Shown: one piece after another, positions 27,324 to 39,722 of the stretch
How positions within the stretch are numbered: the stretch's first letter is position 1
How the letters are laid out: each line of letters begins with the position of its first letter
NCBI GenBank assembly: GCA_014905635.1
Contig: JABVCE010000033.1
Span: 124,001-188,000 of the forward strand
Length of the DNA stretch: 64,000 bases
Reading direction: 5' to 3'
DNA from: Scenedesmus sp. PABB004
Lineage: Eukaryota
Made by a program: the position numbers and the translations under genes
The notes under the pieces: model-generated
What the model was told of the DNA's origin: nothing
Seen by the model: the letters and a program-made list of their open reading frames with translations, nothing else
The model's database searches: none

Positions 27324-30300
27324 TCACCGCCGCACGCCGCCGCCGCCGACGGCCGGCCCGCCGCCGACGGCGCCGAGCACGAGGCTGCTGATGCCGCCCG
27401 CGCTCTTGCTGCTCGCGTGCGCGTGGATGCGCGCCATCTCGGCGGGGCTGAAGTGCAGCAGGCGGGCGAGCACGCCCATCATCGCGCCGCCCGTCGGCAG
27501 CTCGCCGCTCTCAAAGCCGCTCACGATCACGCTACGCAGGTACAGCGCGTCGCGGTCGGTGATCTGGCTCATGCTCTCCAGGCGCTCCACCTCGTCCCGC
27601 GCGGCGCGCAGCGCGCGCTCGCCCTCCTCCCACGCGCCGCGCCACTCGCGCGCCTGCGCGTCGAGTGCGGCCAGGCGGTGCCGCAGCGCCTCGGGCGCGA
27701 GCCCCCGCAGGTCGGGCGAGCCGCCGCCGCCGCCGGCGCCTGGGGCGCCGCCGGCCGCGCCGGCGCCCGGGACGCCGCCGGCGCCGCCCGGGCCGGGCGC
27801 GCCGTCGTCGAGGCTCAGGCGCAGCGTGCTGAGCGGCAGGTTGCCGCCGGCGTCGGCCAGCGCCGCGTGCGGCGGCTCCGCGAGCGCGCCCCCCGCCGCG
27901 TCGGCGCTGGCCGCGCGGCCCGGCGCGCCGCCGAGCGGCGACAGCCCCACGCCCTGCTGCGCCGCGCTGTTGCTGCGCGAGTGCGCCGGCGAGAGGCCGC
28001 CGGCGCCGCCGCTCGCGTGCGAGTGCAGCCCGCCGCTGCCGCCGCGGCCCAGGAGCAGGCCAGTGAACTTGCCGCTGAACGCGGGGCTGGCCAGCCCGCC
28101 GCCGCGCTCGGCCGCCGCCGCCGCCGCTGCCGCCGCGCCGCCCGACGCGGTGGCCCACGCGCCCGACAGCGTCGCAGGGAGCGCGCCGGGCGCGTGGCTG
28201 GGCGACGGCGCCGCCGACGAGACCGCGCTGCCCCAGCCCCCGGCGGCGCCGGCGGCGCTGGCGGCTCCGGCGGCGCGCGGCGCCGACGCGCCCAGCGCCG
28301 ACGGCTGGCCGAGGCTGCGCAGCTGCGCGCGCAGCGCCTCCAGCTCGCCGTCCTTCTCCTCCAGCACACCGTACACGCGCTCGCGCAGCGCCGCCATCTC
28401 GCCCTGTGCGCGGCGGCGGCGGCCGCCCAGCGCCCGCGGGGTGGGCGCGCGTCCGCAGCGCGCCGCGGCGCGGCCGGCGCGCTGTGCAGCAGGGGCAGGG
28501 CGCGCGTGCACGCGCACAACCACACACCTGCAGCTCCTCGCACTGCTGCTGCCAGTGCTCGGCCTCGCCCTGGCCCGCAGACCCCGCCGCGTCGAGCTGC
28601 CGCTGCAGCGCCGCGACCTCAGCCGCCGCGGCGTCGCGCGCGGCGGCGAGCGCCGCTGCGGCCTCGGCCGCGGCCGCCCTGCCCCGTGCCTCGGCGGCCG
28701 CGAGCGCCTCGGCCAGGTCGTTGGCGCGCTGCGCGGCCGCCGCGGCGGCGGCCTCCGCGGCCGTCGCGCGCGCGCAGGCAGAGTCTGCGGCGCTCTCCAG
28801 GCGCGCCATGTCGCGCTGCGTGTGCTCCTCCAGCACGGCGATGTTCTCGGCCTGCGACGCGCGGGGCGGCGGCGCGTGAGCACGCCAGGGCCGCGTGCGG
28901 GGGGCGCGCGAGCAGGCGGGCGCGCCGCTGCGCGCGCGCGCGCCTGCTTCTGCGCGGCGTCGTCGCGCAGCGCCGCCTCGGCCGCCTCCACCGCCGCGAG
29001 CACGCCGCGCGGCCAGGCCTCGCGCGGGAGGGCGGGGATGTTGTCGAACGCCGCGGCCGCCGCTGCGCGCGCGCCGTCGGCGGCCGCGCGCGCCTCGTCG
29101 AGCGCCGCGGTCAGTGCCTCGCTCTCGGACGACACCGCGAGCGCGCGCTGCTCCAGGCGCGCGACCTGGCGCTCGGTGCGCTCCAGGCGCTCGCGGAGCT
29201 TGTCGTTGTCCGACATCAGCTGCGCGGCGCGGTCGTCGGCGCCCTCGAGGGACGCCAGCTGCGCCGCCGCCGCGTCGTAGCGCGCCTGCAGCGCCTCGAG
29301 CTGCGCCGCCGCGGCCGCGGCGCTGCTGCTGCTCGCGCGCAGCGCGTCCAGCTCGGCGTGAAGGCGCGCCGCCTCGGCCTGCCAGCGCGTCGCGCCGATG
29401 GCGGGCGGTCGCGGCGGCGGTCGGCGCGCGCGGCCGCGGCGGGGGAGCCCGGCGGCGGCGGCGCGGCGCACGCAGCGCCCCCCCCCCCCCCCCCCGCACC
29501 TGGCTGGCGTCGCGCTGGCCCTTGGCCTCTGCGAGCTGGCGGCTGAGCTCGCTGAGCTCCGCGCCCGCGCCGGTCATCTGGCGCTCGGCCTCGGCCAGCG
29601 CGCGGCGGAGCCCCGCCGCCTCGCTCGCGGCCGAGTCGGACTCGCTCGCGCTGCTGCGCAGCGCGCCCAGCTCGGCCGTCGCGTCGTCGAGCTGCCGCCG
29701 CGCCTCGGCCTCGCTCAGCTCCAGCGTGCGCAGACGCTCCTGCAGCTCCGCGGCCTTGAGCTGCGCGACGGCGGGGGCGGCGCGGCGCGGCGCGGCGCGG
29801 CGCTCAGCCGGGCGGCGCGGCGCGCTCAGCCGGGCGGCGCGGCGAGCACCACGCTGCCCGCGCAGCCGCCGCCGCCAGGGCCGGCCCGCCGCACACCTGC
29901 AGCTCCTCGAGCTCCTCCGCCTTCTTCTTGGCTATGCGCCGCAGCCGCCCCGCCTCCTCCTCGTGCGCGGCCGCCGCGGCGTCGCGGTCGGCGGCCGCGC
30001 GGGCCGCCTCGGCCGTCGCCGCGGCCGCGGCCGCGGCCGCGTCGCGCGCCTGCGCCTTGAGCTCGGCCGCGTCCGCCCGCAGCAGCGCGACCTCGCGCGA
30101 CGACGCCTCCTGCGCGTCCGCCGCGGCGACGCTGCGCGCCTGCACCGCCTCGACCGCGGCGGCGAGCTGCCGCTCCAGCGCGGCGCGCTCGGCCGCGCCC
30201 GCCTCCAGCGCCTTGTCCGCCTCGGACAGGCGCTGCAGCACCGACTCCTTCTGGCGCGCCGCCACGGCCTGCGCAGGAGCGGGAGGGGCGGCGGCGGCGG

Positions 30301-33300
30301 CAGCGGGTGAGACAACGAGGCGGGAGAGCCGCGGCAGCACGTCAGACGAGCAGAGCCCGCAGCGGCGCCGCTGACGCCACCGCGCCAACGCACCTTGACC
30401 GCCGCCAGGTCCTCCTCCAGTGCGGCCGCCTGGGCGGTGGCCGCCGCCGCTGCCGCGCGCGCGGCGGCGAGGGCTGCGTCGTCGCCGCCGCCGCCGCCGT
30501 CGCCGCCGCCACCGCCGCCGCCGCCAGCGGCCGGGGCCTGCGCAGCGGCAGCGGCCTCCGCGCCGCGCCCCGCGTCGCTGTCCACGTCGCCGGCCGCCGA
30601 GGCCGCTGCAGCCGCGCCGGCCGCCTGTGCGGCGCCGGCCAACTGCGCCTCCAGCGCCGCCGCCGCCCTGAGCAGCCGCGCGGCCTCCTCGGCCCACGGC
30701 GCCGGCGCCGCGGCGGCCTCCCCCGCTGGCTCGCCCTTGTCACTGGCCCCCGGCAGCGCGCTCAGGTCAGCAAAGCTCGTCCCCAGCGAGTCGCCGTCCC
30801 AGCCGCTGTCCCAGCCGGCACTGGCCGCCGCGTCCGCCGCGACCTGAGCCGCCTCCTCCAGCCGCTCGTCGTCCTGCCAGCGCGCGCTGCTGCTGCTCAC
30901 GCGCGCCTCCGGTTCGCTCGCCGCCGGCGCCGCCGCCTCGGCCGCCGCCCTGCTCGGCGGCCGGGCAGGCGGCGGCGCGGCGGCGGCACCCTGCTGCACG
31001 AGCGCCTGCAGGCTGCGCGCCAGCTGCGCCACCTGCGCCTGCAGGCCGGCGTACAGCTGCTGCGCCTCCGCGGCGCTGCCGCGCTGCGCCTCGCGGTGGC
31101 GCAGCGCCGCGGCCGCCAGGGCAGCCTTGGCCGCGGCCGCCGCGGCCGCTGCGGCCGCCGCCTCGGCGCGCGCTGCGTCCCCGGCCGCCTGCAGCTCGTC
31201 GCAGCGCTCCAGCACGGCCGCCAGCTGCTTTTCGCTCGCCTCCGCGGCGTCCTGCATGGTGCTGATGCCGGCCTGCGCCGCCTCGGCCGAGTCGGACAGC
31301 CGGCGCTCCATGTCGGCGGCCGCGCGCGACCGCTCGTCCTGCGCGGCAGCCAGCTGGCGCGCCAGCGCTTCGCGCTCGGCCACAGCTGCAGCGAGCTCCT
31401 CCTGCGCCTGCGCCAGCTGCGCAACAGCGCCAGCGCGCGCCGCCTCGGCCGCCTCCGCCGCCGCGCGCAGGCCGTCGGCCACGGCGTCGCCCTGGCCGCG
31501 CAGCTGCTGCGCGGCCTCCCGCTCCTCCGCCAGCTGCGTCTGCAGCAGCTGCTGCGCCTCGCGCGCCGCCTCGAGCTCCCGCCCCGCCTGCGCTGCCGCG
31601 GCTTGGGCGGCCGCGAGCTCAGCCGCTGCCGTGCCCGCCTGCTCTCGCGCGGCCTCCAGCTGCGCCTGGAGCTCGGAGCGCTGCTGCTCCGCCGCCTGCG
31701 CCGCCGCTGCCGCTGCCTGCGCTGCGGCGGCCGCTGCCGCCATCTGCGCCTGGCCCGCCCCGGCCTGTAGGAGCTCCACCTGGTGAGCCAGGTTGGACGC
31801 CTCTGCCTCCGACGCCGCCAGCTTGGCCGCCAGGTCGCTCGCCTGCTCCTGCAGCGCCTGCTGCTCCGCCTGCGCCGCTGCCGCCTCAGCCCGGGCCGCC
31901 TCTGCAGCGGCGCGAGCCTCAGAGGCCGCAGCCTTCACGGCCTCCACGTCGTCCAGCGCAGCGCGTGCCGCGTCAGACTTGGCCGCCGCCGCCGCCAGCG
32001 ACGCCTCGAGCGCAGACTCAGCAGCCGCGCGCTGTGCCTCCGCCTCGACTGCCGCGGCCTTGGCAGCCTCTGCCTCTGCCGCAGCAGCGCTGCGAGCCTC
32101 CTCGGCTGCCGCAAGCTGTGCGCCGGCAGCCTCGCCAGCGCTCGCCGCAGCAGCGACAGCAGCTGCGGCCTCCTGCGCTGCTGCTAGCTCAGCCTGTGCC
32201 GCCTCGCGCGCCGCCTCCGCCGCCTCCAGCTTGCCGCCCAGCGCCGCGGCGGCCTCCTGCGCTGCTGCCAGCTCAGCCTGTGCGGCCTCGCGCGCCGCCT
32301 CCGCCGCCTCCAGCTTGCCACCCAGCGCCGTGGCGGCCTCCTGCGCTGCTGCCAGCTCAGCCTGTGCCGCCTCGCGCGCCGCCTCCGCCGCCTCCAGCTT
32401 GCTGCCCAACGCCGCGGCGGCCTCCTGCGCTGCTGCCAGCTCGGCTGTGGCCGCGTCGCGGGCGGCCTCGGCTGCCGCGACCTTGGCCGCCATCGCCTCC
32501 TCAGCGCTGCCGGTGGCGGCAGCGGCAGCCTGCTGCGCTGCTGCCAGCCCGGCCTGCGCTGCCTCGCGCGCCGCCTCGGCCGCCTCCAGCTTGCCGCCCA
32601 GCGCCGCGGCGGCCTCCTGCGCTGCTGCCAGCTCGGCTGTGGCCGCGTCGCGGGCGGCCTCGGCTGCCGCGACCTTGGCCGCCACCGCCTCCTCAGCGCT
32701 GCCGGTGGCGGCAGCGGCAGCCTGCTGCGCTGCTGCCAGCGCGGCCTGCGCCGCCTCGCGCGCCGCCTCGGCCGCCTCCAGCTTGCCACCCAGCGCCGTG
32801 GCGGCCTCCTGCGCTGCTGCCAGCTCAGCCTGCGCCGCCTCGCGTGCCGCCTCCGCCGCCTCCAGCTTGCCACCCAGCGCCGTGGCGGCCTCCTGCGCTG
32901 CTGCCAGCTCAGCCTGCGCGGCCTCGCGCGCCGCCTCTGCCGCCTCCAGCTTGCCACCCAGCGCCGTGGCGGCCTCCTGCGCTGCTGCCAGCTCAGCCTG
33001 TGCCGCCTCGCGCGCCGCCTCCGCCGCCTCCAGCTTGCCACCCAGTGCCGTGGCGGCCTCCTGCGCTGCTGCCAGCTCAGCCTGTGCGGCCTCGCGCGCC
33101 GCCTCCGCCGCCTCCAGCTTGCCACCCAGCGCCGTGGCGGCCTCCTGCGCTGCTGCCAGCTCAGCCTGTGCCGCCTCGCGCGCCGCCTTCGCCGCCTCCA
33201 GCTTGCCACCCAGCGCCGTGGCGGCCTCCTGCGCTGCTGCCAGCTCGGCTGTGGCCGCGTCGCGGGCGGCCTCGGCTGCCGCGACCTTGGCCGCCATCGC

Positions 33301-36300
33301 CTCCTCAGCGCTGCCGGTGGCAGCGGCGGCGGCCTCCTGCGCTGCTGCCAGCTCGGCCTGCGCTGCCTCGCGCGCCGCCTCCGCCGCCTCCAGCTTGCTG
33401 CCCAACGCCGCGGCGGCCTCCTGCGCTGCTGCCAGCTCGGCCGTGGCCGCGTCGCGGGCGGCCTCGGCTGCCGCGACCTTGGCCGCCATCGCCTCCTCAG
33501 CGCTCACAGCGGCGGCAGCGGCGGCCTCCTGGGCCGCCACGAGCTCGCCCGCTGCCGCCTGCCGCGCCGCCTCTGCAGCCGCCAGCTTGTCCGCGAGCGC
33601 GGCCGTGGCCTCCTCGGCCGCTGCCAGCTCGGCCGCTGCCGCATCGCGCGCCGTGTGCGCGGCAGCCAGCTCGGCGCGGCTCGCGTCCAGCTCCGCGCGC
33701 ATCGGCGCCAGGCCTGCCTGCGCCTGCGCCAGCTGCGTCTGCAGCTGCTCGCGCTCCGCCGCCGCCGCCTGCAGTGCCGCGGCGCCCTCGGCCGCGGCGA
33801 CCGGCTCGGCGTCGGCAGCGCCGGGCCCGGCCGGCGCCGGGGGCGGCGCGGCCTGCAGCCGCTGCAGGTCCGCTGCGAGCGCCGCGCACTCCTTGTGCGC
33901 CTGGTCCAGCAGCGCCTGGTTTGCCTCCTCGCGCTCCTGCAGCAGCTGCAGCGCCGCGTCGAGCTCAAACTGCTGCTGCTGCACCAGCGCGGCGGCGGCC
34001 GCGGCCGCCGCCGGCGGCGCGCCGCCGCCGCTGCTGCCCCCGCCCGGCGCGAGCGGGCTGGCCGCCGCGGGCGGCGTGCCCGGCTGGCCCCCCGACAGCT
34101 GGCCCGACAGCGCGCGCTGCGGCCCGCCCGGCTGGAGCAGCCGCAGCGCCGCGAGCTCCGCCTCGAGCTCCGCGCAGCGGCTGACCAGCGAGGTGACCTC
34201 GCTCTTGAGGTAGTGATGCACGGCCGCCGTCGCCGCGGCGAGGCCCTCCGCGGCGGCGGCGCCGCCGCCCGCGCCGCCCGACGCGCCCGCGAGCTGCTCC
34301 AGCTCCTCCAGCGCCGCGCTCGCCGCCGCCGCGCGGCTCGCCGGCGAGCCGCCGCCGCCCGCCTCGGCGACGCACTCGAGCGCCGGGTGCTGGCCGAGGT
34401 GCTGGCGGTGCAGCAGCGCCGCGAGCAGGCCGCCGTGCGCGGCGCCGCCCGCGGCCGCGGCCGCGGCGGCCGCCGCCGTCCCCGCGCTCGTCGGCGTGTT
34501 GCCCGCGCTGCTCGCGACGCTGCCGGCGCGGCGGATGCTCGACACGACCGAGCCCTGGCGGCTGCCGCCCGCGCGGCGGCCCTTGACACGATTGATCACC
34601 GCCAGGCGGTCGTCCGAGAGCTTGGCGTACGCGTAGACCGAATCGAGCAGGCTCATCGCCTGGTGCTGCGGCCGCAGCGGCGCCTTGCGCGGCGCGGCGC
34701 CGCCGCCGTCGCCGGCCGCGTCGTCGCTCGCGCGCGGCGTGCGCCGGCCGGCGCTGCCGCCGGCGCTGCCGCCGGCGCTGGCGCGGCGCGCGCCGCCGCC
34801 GCTGCTGCCCGCGCCGCCGGCGGCGGGGTGGTGCCCCGGGACCAGCCGGAGCAGGTGGGGGTGGTGCTGCGCGAAGAACGCCGCGATGTGTGCCACGCGC
34901 TCCTCCGCAGCGACGCCCAGAAAGTCGGCAGCCGCCGTGGCCGCCGCGAGCGCCGCCGCGTCGTCGTCCGACGCACTCACTGCGTCCGACAGCCGGTGCA
35001 GCAGCTGCTGCGCCTGCGCGGCCGTGCCCGCGGCCGGCTCGGCCGCGCCGTCGTGGGCGTGCTGCTGTTGCTGCTGTTGCTGCTGTTGCTGCTGTTGTTG
35101 CTGCGTGGGCGTGCCGTGCAGCCACGGCGTGGAGCCGAGGCCGGACGCGTCGCTGCTGCGGCGGGTCTTGAGCGCGGACAGCGGCGGCACGCCCTGGGCG
35201 CTGGCATCCAGCGTGGTGCTCATGGTGCGCGCGATGTCCCTGCCGGGCGGGCGGCGGGCAGCAGCGACGAGCGCGCACGCGCACGCCGTGAGCGGCGGGC
35301 GGCGGCGCGCGCGGCCGGCCGCGCTGCGCCATGCGCCCGCGGCGCCCGCGGCGCCGCACCTGACGCTGCCCGGCGTGGCCTCCGCCGCGTCGGAGCCGTG
35401 CTTGCGCAGCGCCAGCTGGCGCGGCGTGCCGCCGGGCGTGCTGAGGGTGGACGCGCACGAGGGGCGGCCGCCCAGCGGCTCCTCCTCGCCCTCCACGCCG
35501 GTCACCCTGCGCGCAGCGCGGCACAGCACACCCCCTCAGCTGCGGCCGGGCCGGAGAGGGCGCGGGCGCGCGCGCCGGCACGCGCGCGCGCGCCGCCGGG
35601 CCCGCCACCGTCGCGGCGCAGCCCCGCGCCGCTCACTGCTGCGCGAGCGCGAGCTGCTGCCGCAGGCGCAGGCACTCCTGCTGCGCCTCATTCAGCCCGG
35701 CGCGGGTGCGGTTGAGGTCGCGCAGCTGAATGTCCTGCGCTCGGCAGCAGCGGCAGCGTGCGGCGGCGGCGCGGGGTCGGTGGCCCGGCCACGGGCCGGC
35801 GGTGAGCCCCCCCCCCCCCCCCGCCGCCCCCAACCCCCCCCCCCCCCGCTCCGTGCGCGGGCGCCGCCTGTCCTGCCCGCGCCGCCGCGCCTGCACGCTC
35901 TTCTCGTTGATCGCCTGCTTGAGCTCCTTGGCGAGCTGCTTGAGCTTCTCGTCGAGGTCGTCCCGCTCCTTTGCCAGCCGCGCGACGCTGGCCTTGCTGC
36001 GCTCGAGCTCCGCCGCCAGCCCCGCCGCGTCGCCGCCGGCGCCGTCGGTCAGCCAGCGGTGGTGCGGCTCGCCGTGGCCGCCACCCGAGCCGAACGACGA
36101 CAGCGCCTGGCTGTGGCTGCTGCCAAAGGGCGTGTGGTGCGGTAGCCGGCCGTGCTGCGGCGTGCCGCCCCCGCTGTCCCGCCTGGCCGCGGCCAGCTCC
36201 TGCTGGCGCTGCGCAGCGGGCGCCGGGCGCGCGTGAGCGCGGGGCGCGGCGCAGCCGCCGCCGTCGCCGCCGCGGCGCCGGTCCTTGGGCAGCCGCGCGC

Positions 36301-39300
36301 GGCCGCGCGCGCGCGCGGGCACGCACCGCTGCCGCCTCCGCCTGCAGGGCCTCCTTGTCGGCCTTCAGGCTGGCCACCATGCTGGTGAGCGGCTCGATCT
36401 GGTTGCGCAGGTCCTCGTAGTCGGCCTGCGGCGGGCGCGGGCGTGTGCCGCGCAGCGGAGACGCGTCGGCGCGAGGACACCTCGCGCGCGCGAGCGAGGG
36501 AGAGATGTGGAGAGAGAGAGAGAGAAGCGCGCGTGCCGGCCCGGTGACGCGCCACCCCCGCCCCGCACCTCGGCCGCCTCCAGGTCCGCCTGGAACGCCG
36601 CCGCCTCCTGCCGGCTGGCGGCGAGCTCGGCCGAGGCCTCCGCCAGCTGGCGCCGCGCGTCCTCCGCGTCGGCCGCGGCCGCGTCGCGCTCCTCCTCCAG
36701 CTGCGCCAGCCGCGCGGCCGAGCCCTCCAGCTGGCGCTGCAGGTCGGTCATGTCGGCCAGGCGCTCCGCCTGCGCCCGCGGCGCCGCGCCGCGCCGCGCC
36801 GCGCCGCGCGTGCACTGCGTCGGCGGCCGCGCCGCGCCGCGCCGCAGCGTGCGGGCGGCCCGCGCCGCGTCGGCGGCCCGCGCCGCGCGCGCACCTGGTT
36901 GCGCTGCTTGCGCTCCATCACCGCGAGCTCGGTGCCCAGCGTGAGGTTGGTCTGGTGCGTCTCGGCCGCGGCCGCCTGCGCCGAGCTGAGCTGCGCACGC
37001 AGCCGCGACACCTCGGCGGCCAGGTCGCCGCCGCCGCCGGGCTCGCCGCCGGGCTCGCTGCTGCCTGCGGGGCGGCGGGCACAGGCGCGCACGAGCGACG
37101 TGTGAGCGGCGCGCAGCGGCCGCGGCCGCCCCACGGGCACCGTCCGCGCGCTGCGGGGCCGCCGCGCCCCGCGCGGCGCACCCTCGCGCACGCCGGACGA
37201 CGCTGCCGCGGCCGCCGCGCCCTCCAGCGCCTTCACGCGCTCGCCAGCGGCCGCCAGCTGCGCCTGCAGCGCCTCGCTCTCTGCCTGCGCCTTGCCCAGC
37301 TCGCGCACGGCCACCTGGGCGGAGCTCGCCGCCTCCAGGACCTTGTCGTCGCCCTCGGCCAGCTGCGCCTGCAGCTGGCCGCGCTCCTCCTCGGCCGCCG
37401 CCAGGCGCTCGCGCAGCGCGCCCGCCTCGGCGGTCAGCTCCTCCGCGCGTGCCGCGAGGTCGAGGCTGCCGGCGCCGGCGGCAGCGGCCGCCTCGCTCGC
37501 AGAGAGCTGGTGCTGCAGCAGCGTGACCTGCTGCCGCCCCGCCTCCAGCTGCTCCCGCACCGCGTCCAGCTGCTGGCTGGCGTCCGCCAGCGCGCCGCGC
37601 AGCTCGGCCGCCTCCGCCCTGGCCGCCTCGTCCGCCGCGGTGGCCGCTGCGGCGGCCGCCTCTGCCTGCCGCTGCAGCTCCCCACGCAGTGTGGCGCACT
37701 CCTCGGCCGCCGACGCGGCGGCGGCGGCGGCCTCCTCGCGCACGCGCCGCAGCTCCGCCGCCAGCCGCGCGGCCTCGGCGTCGCTGCGTGCGCCGCCGCC
37801 GGCCGCGGCCGCCAGCGCAGCCGGCGGCTGCTCCAGCGCTGCCTTCAGGCGCAGCCGCTGCTCGTCGAGATACGGCAGGTCCTGCTGCGGCGGCGGCGGC
37901 AGCGCGGCATGGCGGCGTGGCGGCGAGCACGGTGCCCGCCCGCCCGCCTGCGCGCACGCGTGTGCACCGAGGCCCGCGCGGCCGGCGCGGTTGCCCCTCG
38001 CCCCTGCAGCCCCCTCACCTTGCCCGCGGCCGCCTCGAGCGCGTCGTGCGTGCGCGCCAGCTCAGCAAAGAGGTCCGCGGCGGCGCCGGCCAGGCCCTCT
38101 CGCTCGGCGGCCCACTGAAGCGCCGCACTCTCAGCCTCTGCCCGCGCCGCCTCGAGCTGGCCGCGCAGCTGCGCCACGTCCTCCGCGCTGCCGGCGCCCA
38201 CCTCCAGCCGGAACTGCTGGCTCGCCAGCTCCTGCTCCAGCCGCAGCTTGGCGCCGCGCGCCGCGTCGAGCTCCGCGCGCAGCGCCGCAAGCTGCGCCTC
38301 GGCGTCGCCGCCGCCGCCGCCCGCCGCCGCCTGCTCCTGGCTGCGCGTGACGCGGTCCTCCAGCTGCGCCGCGTGGCGCCTGCGCGCCGCGCGCAGGAGC
38401 GGGGGACGACCAGGGGCAGCGCGTGGGCGCGGGCAGGCGCAGCGAGCACGCGCCCGCGCGCGCTCGGCAGGTGCTCGGCGCGCCGCCCGCGCCCTCCGCC
38501 CTGCCGCCCTCACCGCAGGCCATCGGCGTCGTCGCGCGCGCCCGCCAGCTGCAGGGTGAGCTGCTTGTTCTGCGCCGACAGCTCCTGCAGCGCGGTGTGC
38601 AGCGCCTCGTCCAGCGACGGACGGTCGGGCGCCGCCATCAGCCGGCGCGCCGTGTCGAGCTGCCCCCGCAGCGACACCGCCTCGGCGTGCAGCTCCGCGT
38701 TGGCGTCGCGCGATTCCTGCGCGCGCGCGGGTGCGTGCCGCGCGGTGGGTGTCACGCGCCGACGCCGTCCGCCCGCTGCGGCGGCCGCGGCCGCGGGCGC
38801 GCGCCCGCAGCGAGCGCACCTTGAGCTCCGCCTGCATCGGCCCGAGCCGCGCCATGAGCTGCACCAGCTTCTGGCGCAGCTGCGCCTCGGACATGGCCGC
38901 GATGCGGCTCTGCACCGCCTGCGGCGCGGCGGCGGTTGTTGAGCGGCCGCGCGCCGCTGTTGTTGGCGCCGCCGCCGCGCCCGCTCCTGCGCGCGAGCCC
39001 TCCTGCCGCGGCGTGGCGGGGGTTCCCGCGGGGACGGCGCGCGCGGGCCCTGGACGCCGCGGGGCTCACCGCTGCTGCGTTGTCGCCATGCGGCGCTGCT
39101 TTCTGCGGCGACGGCCCCCCCTCGCCTGCAGCGGCGGCGCGGCGCGCTCAGCGCGCGCCTGGGGCGTCCGGGCCACGCCCCAGCGCGCCAGCAGCGCCGC
39201 CGCCGCGCTCACCGGGCGCACGCGCGCCGCCGAGCGGGAGCGCGCTCGCCGCGAGCTGCTGCTGCACCGACGCGCTCGCGGTGTTGGCCGCCTGCTGCAC

Positions 39301-39354
39301 GTTGGCGGCGACCTGCTTGGAGAGGCTGGCCGCCTGATTCAGGAACGATTTCAT
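27324..39354 (-). CDS. Giant coiled-coil GRIP-domain golgin (multi-exon, includes a ~5-kb exon)
   Basis: Starts MKSFLNQAASLSKQVAANV. Coiled-coil exons join in phase (e.g. CA|gtgag at ~35635 to ag|G-GTG at ~35506). The C-terminal LYLRSVIVSGFESGELPTGGAMMGVLARLLHFSPAEMARI matches the GRIP consensus. Confidence 0.8.
32167..33545 (-). repeat. Coding minisatellite of 84-nt (28-aa) and 108-nt (36-aa) units in the golgin
   Basis: Near-identical units encode ELAAAQEAATALGGKLEAAEAAREAAQA and [36 protein letters not shown]. Confidence 0.95.
35060..35103 (-). repeat. CAG/CAA repeat encoding a poly-Gln tract in the golgin
   Basis: gctgctgttgctgctgttg... on the + strand encodes about 14 Gln. Confidence 0.9.
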
Positions 39355-39722
39355 CTCGACGCGTGCGCGCCGCGCGCCGTCCGCGGGCGGCGCCGCGCTA
39401 CCGCATGCTACGCTGCTGCTCGGCGCAGTGCGGCGTGCCTGTGGTGCCGGTGGCGCGCCGCCGCGACATTTGCGGCGGCCGCGCCAGCCGCCCCGCAGAA
39501 ACGCACGCGCCCGACGCCCCGCTCAACCGCCGCTGCGCGGCGCAGCGAAGCTGCGCTGGCAGCGGCTCCTGTCGCGCCGATACTACGCTGTCGGAGGTGC
39601 CGGGCGCGGGCCGCCGCCGCACCAGCCAGCGCCCACGCCGCGCGACCGCGCGCGGCGCCGCCGCTGCTGCGCGGAAGCCAATCGCCCAATTCGACGCGCC
39701 CGGGACCGGAGGGCGACGCGCG

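Noticed and set aside
32167..33545. CRISPR-like regular repeat array
   Set aside because: There are no unique spacers, unit lengths are multiples of 3 within an open coding exon, there are no cas genes, and the context is eukaryotic.
31793..34213. 806-aa and 739-aa plus-strand ORFs
   Set aside because: They are antisense shadows of the golgin's Ala/Glu-rich repeat exon. Stops are rare at this GC content.
35633..35640. Stop codon suggesting the golgin is two genes
   Set aside because: The TGA is part of a GTGAG donor, and the splice to ~35506 continues in frame.
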